Below, one piece after another: positions 53,600 through 62,391 of a stretch of 64,000 nt of DNA. Position 1 is the first letter of the stretch; each line of letters begins with the position of its first letter. Both the position numbers and the translations under genes were made by a program. Below the pieces are notes generated by a model that searched no databases, was not told where the DNA came from, and worked only from the letters and a program-made list of their open reading frames with translations. The stretch lies in assembly GCA_964566225.1 (NCBI GenBank), contig CAZMHV010000004.1, positions 248-64,247 on the forward strand. The letters are read 5' to 3'. Source of the stretch: an uncultured Gammaproteobacteria bacterium (GTDB lineage Bacteria; Patescibacteriota; Patescibacteriia; Magasanikbacterales; UBA922).

Positions 53600-53614
53600 G
53601 ATTTTGAAAATAAA

Positions 53615-53647
53615 AGAAAATCCTCCAGAAATGGGGGATTTTTTTGA
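53615..53647 (+). terminator. intrinsic terminator after rpsA
   Basis: AAAATCCTCC-AGAAAT-GGGGGATTTT plus T7. Confidence 0.55.
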
Positions 53648-53683
53648 CCAAACCAAGAGAAAGAGGATATAATAAGAAAAACT

Positions 53684-56353
53684 TTGAACTTACTTTGTAT
53701 GCAATCTGCTCGTCGACATGAAATCTTACAAGAGAGGAGTCTTTTTGTTGATGAACCCGAAAATGATAGAAGAGAAAAAGAATGGAATCCAGAAAAAACA
53801 TTTTTGATTCGTCAATTAGTGGGTGTGCTTGATCGGGTTGATGCACAAACTGGACCAGTCGGAAGAAAAATTTTACATAATTTTTCGAGAGGTCAAATTA
53901 CTCTCGAAGAATTACAGACAGAATTAGAACAGGCTCCAGATTTTGGTGATTTTTGTGAGCATGTATATGATTACCTTGAAAGAGAGGGTGTGCTTATGCG
54001 TAAAGGGGAAGATTTCTTGGTAGATATGTATCGACTTACACACAGAAAGTTTGCAGGAATTGATAATAAAAAATATGAAACAAATAGAATTAAGAAGAGT
54101 AGAAAAAATAAATTTAGTGATGAATGGCTAGAACAAAACGCAAATTTGCATCATGGTAGATTGGTAGATTTACTCCAAAATGCCTTTTTACAACAAGAAG
54201 TATATGACCTGGATGCTTATGAAGATTGGGAAAAATCTGGTGCAAATCCACAAAAAAAACCTGAAAAAAAATTTCTTTTTTACAACCCACAATCAACTAC
54301 AGAAGCCTTTGATAGAGAAACGATTCAAGGGGCTCACTTTCATATTTTACCTTCTGAAATTTTTGGCAAAAAAGCAGATCATTATTCAGATAATTTAGCT
54401 GATGCAGCTTTTGATGAAGTCACCCTCGCCTGTCTTATTTTTCATCCAAACTATGGTGATGGCAAAAGGGAATCCGGTGTGCTCTTTGTGCGTGATCATG
54501 AGACAAGAGAGTATAGAAAAATTTCTAGAGATTGGTTTGCCAAATCAGGAATGAAATTTGGAGGAGAGTTAGAAGAAGGTAATATTCGAAAGTTTCTTGC
54601 TTCTCCAAAGTTTTTTTTGGCAGAAGGTGGCTACCCTCATCTCACTGAAAAGAATCTTTTAACCGCAACAGATTTTAAGACCATGGCAGGGAGTGAATAT
54701 GCCGAGAAGTATGGAACAAGTCGGGATATTACTCAGAAAAGGGGTATGGTGATGATTGATAAAGTCCACTATACGCTTGGGGTAGAATTTGCCCCCACTT
54801 CTGAAAAGAAATATCGTCTGTATCAACTGTCAGAAATGGTTGGGGGCATTGTAGAAGTTGATCCTGAAACTGGCGAGGATATTCAAATGACCCATGTCAT
54901 TGATATGGTAGGCAAAGATGATCCTCGTCGAGCTGAAAGAAAGGTCTTGACTGCTCCGCAGACCAGTATACATATTCGAGATTTCAATACTGAAGAATCC
55001 AAAATTCTTTTTGAAAAACATCTCACAGGAGGAGAAGCTTTTGAGTTTGCCACTCTGTTGCAGCTCAAACAAAAATTGGCAAAAAAGGCGAATGTTTCTT
55101 TTGAAAGTCTCTCGCCGGGAGAACAGGCTGGGCTTTTGCTCGTCTATCGTAACTGCACTGAAGAAGAACAAAAGAAAATGGATAGTTTTTTGGAAACAAA
55201 AAAAGAAGCGGGCTTTCCTGTGCTTCTGCTTGGTCAGTATGAAAAAAATTTATTTCCTTTGCTTGAAAAGATTGATCAAAAATATTCAGTGCATGAACAG
55301 GCTGCTATTTTTGAAAAAATTGCTGACGTGATTCGTTCACTTCAAACTGTGGAAGAAAAGGTGAAAGAATTTTTTGTTGAAGAGGGAAAGGAAATAAACA
55401 CCAATGATATTTCGCAAGAAATAATGAAACGGGCGGCCAAGCTTATTGAAAAATTTGCCACTGAACCAAAAGCAACCATAAAAATAAGTGAACTGGTCAT
55501 GCGGCTTAGTAGAATCAAAGAAGACATCATGCTTTTTGCTGTTATGTTTAAAGTCGCTGTTAAAGGAGACAAGCATATTGATGTAAAGGAAGTAAAGGGC
55601 ATGGATTTGCAGCATTTAAATTTTGAAGAACTCACTGACAGCGATAAAGAACAAATGGATGAAATTATTCAAAAAAATTGGAGTGATCGAGATCTGTATG
55701 GAGAAAAGAAAATAAAAGAATTTCATGAACTCATGAAAACAGACAAAAATTCACGATACTATGTTATGCGAAAAGATGGAAAGATTACTTCGTTTATTCG
55801 TTTTAAAGATAAAGAAAAAGTGTTTGGGGAACCCATACGCAAAGAGGGTGGATACTTTAATGTCGATCCAGACTTTCGTGGTTCGGGATTTGGTGAAGCT
55901 ATGATGCTCGCTTCTATTATTAAAGAAGGTGAAACAGGTATTATTGATGCAGTGGTCCATCCGGATTTTGATATTGGTATTAGGTATGTAGAAGAAACTG
56001 GTTGTGATATTGTTGGGTTTGGACCAGATAAAGTTGGGACCATGCGTTTTATTTTGGAGTGTGACGATCAAAAAAATAAAAAATCTTTTACTCGTAACCA
56101 AACGGAAGAAGAAGTAATGAATTTTATCGTGAATGATTCTGTTGAAAACCAAATACGGCAACAAAAAAAAGTAATTGGTATAAACTTCAACCCAAAATCT
56201 CGTGAAGATGGAGAAAAGATAAAACTTTTGGCAAGAGAGGGTTACCGAGGAACCAGATATTTTAATAATCCGAATGGAAAAGGGAGAATTATTGTTTTTG
56301 AGTTAGACGAACAAAAAAGGATGGATATTATACAATCGAAGATTGCGAGGTAG
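53684..56353 (+). CDS. 889-aa protein of unknown function with C-terminal GNAT-like acetyltransferase domain
   Basis: C-terminal RGSGFGEAMM (acetyl-CoA-binding Q/RxxGxG/A motif). The rest is unrecognised. Confidence 0.55.
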   Translation: MNLLCMQSARRHEILQERSLFVDEPENDRREKEWNPEKTFLIRQLVGVLDRVDAQTGPVGRKILHNFSRGQITLEELQTELEQAPDFGDFCEHVYDYLEREGVLMRKGEDFLVDMYRLTHRKFAGIDNKKYETNRIKKSRKNKFSDEWLEQNANLHHGRLVDLLQNAFLQQEVYDLDAYEDWEKSGANPQKKPEKKFLFYNPQSTTEAFDRETIQGAHFHILPSEIFGKKADHYSDNLADAAFDEVTLACLIFHPNYGDGKRESGVLFVRDHETREYRKISRDWFAKSGMKFGGELEEGNIRKFLASPKFFLAEGGYPHLTEKNLLTATDFKTMAGSEYAEKYGTSRDITQKRGMVMIDKVHYTLGVEFAPTSEKKYRLYQLSEMVGGIVEVDPETGEDIQMTHVIDMVGKDDPRRAERKVLTAPQTSIHIRDFNTEESKILFEKHLTGGEAFEFATLLQLKQKLAKKANVSFESLSPGEQAGLLLVYRNCTEEEQKKMDSFLETKKEAGFPVLLLGQYEKNLFPLLEKIDQKYSVHEQAAIFEKIADVIRSLQTVEEKVKEFFVEEGKEINTNDISQEIMKRAAKLIEKFATEPKATIKISELVMRLSRIKEDIMLFAVMFKVAVKGDKHIDVKEVKGMDLQHLNFEELTDSDKEQMDEIIQKNWSDRDLYGEKKIKEFHELMKTDKNSRYYVMRKDGKITSFIRFKDKEKVFGEPIRKEGGYFNVDPDFRGSGFGEAMMLASIIKEGETGIIDAVVHPDFDIGIRYVEETGCDIVGFGPDKVGTMRFILECDDQKNKKSFTRNQTEEEVMNFIVNDSVENQIRQQKKVIGINFNPKSREDGEKIKLLAREGYRGTRYFNNPNGKGRIIVFELDEQKRMDIIQSKIAR

Positions 56354-57134
56354 AATTTGGTTTTATATTTGAAGGGGCAATACCCGCATTCCAGATAAAT
56401 TCGAAAATATTTTTAAACATGCCAGCAATTTCTGGATTCATGATTTCAAAACCAATCTGTTCTTTTTCAGTGAGAGTAAAGAAAAGGATACTGTTGTCAA
56501 ATATTTGAATATTGGTTTTAAATGGTGAAAAATCTTTGGGCAAGAATTTGACGTCAGTTGATGTAATATCATTTTTAGCATATCGCTCCAATGCTTTTGG
56601 TGTTTCTACCACAAGCATTTTTTTTACAATATTTTTTTCTTTTCGTTTTTTGACATATTCCGTGTTCAAGTCTCCTGCAAATTCCAAAATAGGATCAATA
56701 GTCATAAAAGTATAAATACAGTTTTTGGCTTCGAGTGAGGTAAATAAGGCATCTTTGATACCGTCTAATCCTTCGTAGTATTTGACGCCTGGTTTGTTTA
56801 TACCGAGGTTGTATATCCCAGCCAGTGACTGCACCATATTTTTGAACTCACCCTCGAGAAGCGACACCTCACGTTTTTTTTCTTCCATGAGGGTAAAGAG
56901 CTTAGTTGGGTGATTTGGCTTGTAGTAGGCTACGCGGCCTTCTTTGCGGTATTCCACAAAGCCTTCTGCAAGGAGGGTGGGGAGGGCTTCGTACACTGTG
57001 GCGCGAGAGAGGGGAACCTTTTCAAGGAGCCTCGGCACGGTCATTTCTCCGTTTTCCACCAGGGTGAGGTAAATCTCGGCAGTGGTGGGTTCCATGCCGG
57101 TTTTGAGGAGGGTTTCGTGGAGGGTGGTGTTCAT
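56328..57134 (-). CDS. TrmB-family transcriptional regulator
   Basis: N-terminal winged HTH (TVPRLLEKVPLSRATVYEALPTLLAEGFVE) and TrmB-like C-domain. Operator-like palindromes lie upstream. Confidence 0.65.
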   Translation of the reverse strand: MNTTLHETLLKTGMEPTTAEIYLTLVENGEMTVPRLLEKVPLSRATVYEALPTLLAEGFVEYRKEGRVAYYKPNHPTKLFTLMEEKKREVSLLEGEFKNMVQSLAGIYNLGINKPGVKYYEGLDGIKDALFTSLEAKNCIYTFMTIDPILEFAGDLNTEYVKKRKEKNIVKKMLVVETPKALERYAKNDITSTDVKFLPKDFSPFKTNIQIFDNSILFFTLTEKEQIGFEIMNPEIAGMFKNIFEFIWNAGIAPSNIKPNSTSQSSIV

Positions 57135-57369
57135 AGGGGTAGGGGAGACTTCCTTTTGAGGAGGTTTTTTTGTTTTAATTTAGCCAAATTTTGAACTTTG
57201 ACCAATAAAGAGTTTAGCTGCCAAAAACACGTTTTTTCTCTTATTCTAGCATTATTATACCATATCTGCTTTAATCTGTCAAGTATTTACTAGACAGATT
57301 ATTTTGACTACTATTTATTATATTTTAGCCAAATTTGGTATAACATATAAACCAAAGTCTGGCATAGTA

Positions 57370-57398
57370 TTGACAAATTCGGCAAAACCTGGTATACT
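57370..57398 (+). promoter_or_regulatory. near-consensus sigma-70 promoter TTGACA-N17-(TGG)TATACT
   Basis: Read directly: TTGACAAATTCGGCAAAACCTGGTATACT. Divergent from the TrmB-like gene. Confidence 0.55.
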
Positions 57399-57404
57399 AG
57401 CTTG

Positions 57405-57545
57405 TTACGATGAAAGACCGAGAAGAAGAACGAACCGAGTAACACCTTACAACTGAACCAAAGTAGCCCCAAAGGAAGGAGAGAGCCTACGGGGAGCAAG
57501 CCAAGCAACAGCCTGGTAAGCAACTACTCTATATATAGATATAGA
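57405..57545 (+). ncRNA. candidate ~170-nt small RNA or riboswitch-like leader (unclassified)
   Basis: Bounded by the strong promoter at 57370 and the terminator at 57546-57575. No ORF apart from a 10-codon leaderless frame. Internal repeats ACCGAG x2 and GTTAC/GTAAC pairing. Confidence 0.3.
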
Positions 57546-57575
57546 AACCACTCTCTCCACAGGGTGGTTTTTTTC
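57546..57575 (+). terminator. intrinsic terminator
   Basis: AACCAC-TCTCTCCACAGG-GTGGTT followed by T7. Confidence 0.55.
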
Positions 57576-58187
57576 GCAAAGACGAATCCGCCTTGGGCGG
57601 ACATCACTTAGGGCGCTGGAGCTCTTGATCAAAAGTACTCACTTTCAATGCTTGTGTGAGGAAGGATCAAGACCCAAGCGGCCTACATGATTCCCACTGC
57701 TCAAATAATACTTGGTTTGCTCTCTGGAGAGATGAGCGAAGCAGGGTGAGAACAGAGGTTGAGTCCAAAAGCCATTACAATGAAATAATTTCTTTGACCC
57801 ATATGAAAAATAGGAGAGAGAATCCTATCGGTGAAAGAAATTTTCAATTCTGAACCCTCTGTGAGACTGAAACATGTCGTAACAGAGAATTTGCTCGAAG
57901 GTTACACTTTGAGAACCTACGGAGGTCGATAGATGCCCTTGACGAAAGTCGAGCAGCAACTCCCTCGCGGCAGGTCTACTACTCGCCTCAGAACGAGAAG
58001 TAGTACCGAGTGCGTCCCGCCTTCATGGATCTGTCAAAAGATTGATGGAGGCAGGGATACTCTGTATTACAGAGAGATCTTTAGAAAAAAACAAGGCGAT
58101 GAGGAAAGGCATTTTGATTATCACGAGAGTGGTGAGAAGAATGCCTTTCCCCGCGCCTGGCAAGCGTAGTCAACAAATGGAGATTGT

Positions 58188-58823
58188 GTGGATACCACCA
58201 AGCCGGATTTCGGCACACTCAACACCCTCAGCGCGTTCGACCACAACACCGTCGGCACCAAGGTGACCGACCCCCGCAAGTTCTACAAGTTTCTGACGGT
58301 CGCGGTTGCCACCCACGACACCTCGAAGGACAAGGCGACTGGCCAGCACTTCCTGATCCTGCCGAAGGAAGCCTTCAGCACCGTCACGGCGGGAGTCGGA
58401 CGTCGGAGCAAGGAACCCAGGGACTACGTGCCGCGCCTTCACCGGGACACCGTCGAGCTCTACCTCAAGCGTGATTTCGCGGCCGCCGTGGAGAGTCTGT
58501 CCGTCGTGGTGTACACGCGGCAGGCCTACCTGGCGGATCCGGACATCAATCCGGACAAGGTGGCCGAGCGCTTCCCCGGCAACGAGGAGAAGCTCGCGGA
58601 CGCCATCAAAGAGACGAAGCGGATTGAAGGATCATCCTTCACCCACATCGTCGTCGCCGTTCTGGCATCCGCAGGCCCACGTGCTCCGTTGTCGCCCATT
58701 CGGTTGGTGAACAACCTCGCCGGTGGCAACAACGAGGTCAACGAGTGGAGCAAGGAGGACATCGTCATGAAGGCGCAGCTGACCAAGGCCTACTACGATG
58801 AGTGGTGCACGGTCGCGGACTGA
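58188..58823 (+). CDS. hypothetical protein A of the GC-rich module (211 aa)
   Basis: GTG start 5 nt after GGAG. Third codon positions almost all G/C. No family recognised. Confidence 0.6.
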   Translation: MDTTKPDFGTLNTLSAFDHNTVGTKVTDPRKFYKFLTVAVATHDTSKDKATGQHFLILPKEAFSTVTAGVGRRSKEPRDYVPRLHRDTVELYLKRDFAAAVESLSVVVYTRQAYLADPDINPDKVAERFPGNEEKLADAIKETKRIEGSSFTHIVVAVLASAGPRAPLSPIRLVNNLAGGNNEVNEWSKEDIVMKAQLTKAYYDEWCTVAD

Positions 58824-59557
58824 TCTCGGCGACGCGGTGCCAAACAAAGAAACCCGGTAGCATCCCACTCACAGACCGACAAGGTCTGGGACAAGCTACC
58901 ACTCAACGGTTTCACTCAGCACAAAATCCAGTGCTGAAATAAATGTTATGAGTCACCTGCATGTTCCAAAAGAACAAAGTGGTGAGCCAAGAGGAAGCAG
59001 TATCCTCCACGGCGAGAAGCCAAACGCACCGGTCGGCGAGAGAGAAGCACTCACTCGCCAACCCTGCAGAAATTTCAATTCGTTGAAGTTTGTGAAGGGG
59101 AGAAAATAGTAACAACTGAAGTTTTTCTTCAAAAGTGGAGAAAAGAACAGTCGCTACTACAACAAGAAAGTCCAGAATACAAAAGTAACTTTGGTCTCAC
59201 AAGAGCAAAGTGAAAAATTGGATGAAGGATGTTACAGCAGCATAATGCATGTGGTGTAGAGAGTGAAGATCATTACAACTGAATATTGCCAAAGTGAAGA
59301 AGAATGTTATTTTCTTTGGCAAGCGCAGGTTTACCAAAACGTGCGTATTGAAAATTGCTTGTCGCTCTGCTGTCTTTACTCAAGGGCAGTGAATGCGATA
59401 AGCAACTCCGGGAAGATAATGTCTTCGACCCGGAGTCCCGACAATCCTCCTCCTGTGAACCGGCGGCACGAGTGCCAATGGAGCAGGCGTCCAGAGGTGG
59501 ACGAAAAATGGAGGCTCCCCCGAGGGTTCGTGGGGAGAGAAGTGGAGAATTTCGACA

Positions 59558-60400
59558 ATGAAGAACGGGCTCAACCCCCAGCGTGGTTCTTTTTCCTGCC
59601 ACCCCGCCATCAGCGCGACGGTCAACTTCCCCCTCACCCTGAACATGGCCAACGCCTTCGTGCCCCAGGTCACCGAGTTCTTCCAGAACTGCGGGGACCT
59701 GCGCGGCTTCAGCAGCTACGGCCTCCCGGGCCAGGGCGTCGCGGCCATCCTGACCCTCCCGGTGCTGGAGATGGCGTGCGGGTTCCCCGTCACGCCGATC
59801 TACGACATCGGGCAGAAGAAGGTGGTCGGCGGGCTCAACCTGGGCGAGTTCCGTCACAGCGTGGTCCGCCCCCGCCGCGCCGAGCTGACCCGCACCGAGG
59901 CCTACGCCGGATACACCGTCATCGACGGCGCCGGTCGGGGTCTGACCCCGCTCCAGCGCGAGGAGCTCGAGGGCATCCTCAGCTCCACGGACATCCGGGT
60001 CGTCGCCGCACCCACGGGCCAGATGGACTTCGGCGACCCCACGAAGGGGATCGTCGAGACCCTCCTGGCCACGGGGCTGAGCTTCGACGACTGGACCTCC
60101 GGCCGCGTCGTGTACCTGCCCCCGGGAATGGGGCTGGCCGCGGTCGTCCAGGCAACGGCGATCTACGGTCTCTCCGAGGCCTGGCCCCGTACCCTGCGCC
60201 TCAACAAGCGCGAGGCCGATGGCCAGTTCCACCTCGACGAGATCGTCGACCCCCAGGCCCTCCGGCAGTTCGGGGTCAGCCTGGCGGCGGCCTGGCGCGA
60301 CGCGGAGCCGACGGTCACGCTCAGCGGCGCGGTCTCTGAGGACTTCCGCCGGCTCCTCACCGAGCTGGCCGAGGCCCACGGCGTCACGATCCGCGGCTGA
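59558..60400 (+). CDS. hypothetical protein B of the GC-rich module (280 aa; alternative start at 59645)
   Basis: Very high GC3 in this frame only, GGAG 10 nt upstream. The overlapping 358-aa and 384-aa ORFs are Arg/Pro/Gly-rich shadow frames. Confidence 0.6.
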   Translation: MKNGLNPQRGSFSCHPAISATVNFPLTLNMANAFVPQVTEFFQNCGDLRGFSSYGLPGQGVAAILTLPVLEMACGFPVTPIYDIGQKKVVGGLNLGEFRHSVVRPRRAELTRTEAYAGYTVIDGAGRGLTPLQREELEGILSSTDIRVVAAPTGQMDFGDPTKGIVETLLATGLSFDDWTSGRVVYLPPGMGLAAVVQATAIYGLSEAWPRTLRLNKREADGQFHLDEIVDPQALRQFGVSLAAAWRDAEPTVTLSGAVSEDFRRLLTELAEAHGVTIRG

Positions 60401-60657
60401 CGCGACGTTCCGCGTCGCTCTCCTCACGAGTAGCGTGTGAGTGAGAGGTCAACATCCTACCAAACCGCTACATTCTCGCCCAGTTCTGGGCAAATCCAAC
60501 AACAATGCACGAGGTCAGTGGGAAGCAAGCACAACGCTTCCCACCCTCAAATAAGTTCTCCAAACAAGTTTGGATGGAGGGCTTTGAGAGGAAAAGTCGT
60601 TCCGTAAAAACACCGGAACGCCTGGGCGCTCACCCAGTCCCGACAAACGGAGGAAAT

Positions 60658-61206
60658 GTGAGCAAGCGAATCGGTGATCGGGTTTTTTCCCTTCAGTTCA
60701 TGATCATCTTCGGTATTCTAATCGGAATCCTGTCCGCGTTGTTCGACTGGTGGAGCTGGATCGAGCCCATCACTGGGGTCGCGACCCTCGCCCTCTCCGC
60801 CGCCGCATGGTGGCAGACGAGACGGGCGAAGGAAGCGTACTACCAGGTGTCCGACAACCACGACGGCAACTGGATCGTCGCGCTGGAAGTCGGCCGCCCC
60901 ATCAGCGAGGCGGTCAAGGATCGTTTCGGCAGTCTGGATGTTCTCGTCCGTGTTCAGGATGTGATTGGAACCTCGGTTCTTCTCACGGAAGATCACTACG
61001 AGAAGGTGGCGCGTGCGGTTTACTCCGCGTGTGCTCTCTGCCAGAACAAGCCGATCGACTTGATCGTTTCAGGCCCGAACGGGCTGGTTTTCATCGTTGG
61101 ACAGATGCTGGGCATGGATCGCTTCCGCGTCCAGGTCTGGCAGTACTACAACGGCGAATACCAGCTAATCCCGCGACCGACGCGGGACTGGCTCGAGCAC
61201 CGCTGA
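60658..61206 (+). CDS. 2-TM membrane protein with ~115-aa C-terminal alpha/beta domain (candidate membrane effector/sensor)
   Basis: GTG start 4 nt after GGAGG. Basic N-terminus, TM1 FMIIFGILIGILSALF, TM2 ITGVATLALSAAAWW, then a domain with DLIVSGPNGLVFIVGQMLG and RVQVWQYYNGEYQLIP. Confidence 0.55.
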   Translation: MSKRIGDRVFSLQFMIIFGILIGILSALFDWWSWIEPITGVATLALSAAAWWQTRRAKEAYYQVSDNHDGNWIVALEVGRPISEAVKDRFGSLDVLVRVQDVIGTSVLLTEDHYEKVARAVYSACALCQNKPIDLIVSGPNGLVFIVGQMLGMDRFRVQVWQYYNGEYQLIPRPTRDWLEHR

Positions 61207-61484
61207 CCCTCTCAAATGTCCCGACTCCACACATGTCGGGAAAGTCCAGAGATCCTTCTTTGGGCGACACTCGGTAGTTCGCGATCAGCACTCACGATCG
61301 CAGCTCCCACGAGATTTTTATTTGTAAAAGTTTCATGGGAGAAAATAAAAACAATGGGTGGCTGGCAGCGCCCAAAATTTTTTTCTTTGTATCTGCCAGA
61401 AATTTTTTGGAAACCATTGCCATAAAGCCCCACGAGCAAATGCTCGACGGAAGTGTGGGGAACAAACGGCAGTGGTGGAGGAAA

Positions 61485-61853
61485 ATGACGAAATCGATTT
61501 TCGTTGTTGACCACCCCTTTCAGCAGGTCAAGGTGATGACGGTCAACGAGGACGGAGAAATCTGTTCCTCGACCGGTGATCACCTCTATGACCTGTCGGA
61601 AGACGGGGACGAGGTCAGCACGTCCATCGACTACGCGAGGGCTTTTCCTCACGTGGCGTTTTACGAGCGCAAGCTCGATGATGCCAGTGGGGACAAGCCG
61701 TTCTTCAGTCTGAGCCAAGAGCGAGCGCAAAGCTTTGTCGATTTCAAGCAGGCGTGCCTGCGAGAGATCAACGACGCTGGCCTCGATGACACTGCTGCCG
61801 CAATCAAGCGGCAGAACGTCATCGACGCCCTGCGCACGCGCTTCGGCTTCTGA
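61485..61853 (+). CDS. hypothetical acidic protein D (122 aa)
   Basis: ATG 4 nt after GGAGG. The upstream part of track ORF 61335..61853 is AT-rich and probably non-coding. Confidence 0.45.
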   Translation: MTKSIFVVDHPFQQVKVMTVNEDGEICSSTGDHLYDLSEDGDEVSTSIDYARAFPHVAFYERKLDDASGDKPFFSLSQERAQSFVDFKQACLREINDAGLDDTAAAIKRQNVIDALRTRFGF

Positions 61854-62301
61854 AGAGCGCGTAGTCGTATCCTCCCCTAGGTCTTGAGCAGATGAGGGGG
61901 AGTGAAAAAGAAAGCGGACCGGCAACGCGCCGACTGAGTGGGGAGAAAGATCTCACTTTGAGCTGCCAGCAACCGTGCAGCAAGACCGCAAGCTTAGGTT
62001 GGTAACCTCAACAACCAAAACTCGGGATTTGGCGATGTGCACACGTCGCCACCCAACACAAGCCCAGCAAAAATTTTTTTGAGGAGAGCACGATGAAACT
62101 CTCTCCTCGGAGTGCATGAAGATTTTCTTTGAAAATTTTTAGCTCCTTGAACGGATAATTGCTGTGCTGCTGTTGGGTGAAACGATTTTTATTTGAGAGA
62201 GAAATAAAAATTGAACCTAAATTCGTGTTATACGAAGTGTTCTTTGTAATTCATCTCGTGCTCTCTCCACCCAGAGAGTTTTTTTGTTTCAGACAAAAAA
62301 A

Positions 62302-62352
62302 CTTCTGCCGCTTTGAAAACATTTTTAGGAGTGTTTGATGAAGCGGCAGAAG
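62302..62352 (+). promoter_or_regulatory. 10-bp perfect inverted repeat CTTCTGCCGC...GCGGCAGAAG sequestering the RBS and start of a 13-codon upstream ORF (62338-62379) that ends 12 nt before gene E
   Basis: AGGAGTG-N4-ATG lies inside the loop. The mini-ORF MKRQKFLNTNNFL stops just before GGAGG-N6-GTG of the 62392 gene. Confidence 0.35.
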
Positions 62353-62391
62353 TTTCTGAACACCAACAACTTTCTATGACGGAGGTGAAAC

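Noticed and set aside
57410-57442. Ten-codon leaderless ORF MKDREEERTE inside the candidate sRNA
   Set aside because: Too short, with no SD or conservation evidence. Noted only as a possible leader peptide.
57405-57545. Possible SRP (4.5S) RNA, suggested by GGAAGGAGAGAGCC resembling domain IV GGAAGGAAGCAGCC
   Set aside because: I could not pair a 5' strand to form helix 8 or find the terminal helix. Retained only as an unclassified sRNA candidate.
57656-58266. Track ORFs 57656..57853, 57933..58169 and 58042..58266 in the junction spacer
   Set aside because: They are short, have no SD, and their composition matches neither coding regime. The region looks non-coding and hairpin-rich.
59263-60427. 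Track ORFs 59263..60339 (+, 358 aa) and 59273..60427 (-, 384 aa) overlapping gene B
   Set aside because: Their translations are Arg/Pro/Gly-rich, the classic shadow-frame signature in GC-rich DNA. Only the 59558 frame has G/C-saturated third positions and a plausible SD.
61212-61925. Minus-strand ORF 61212..61925 (237 aa) opposite gene D
   Set aside because: It is antiparallel to the strand orientation of every other gene in the module, has no SD and has Arg-rich composition. The plus-strand frame has GGAGG-N4-ATG and higher GC3. Residual uncertainty remains.
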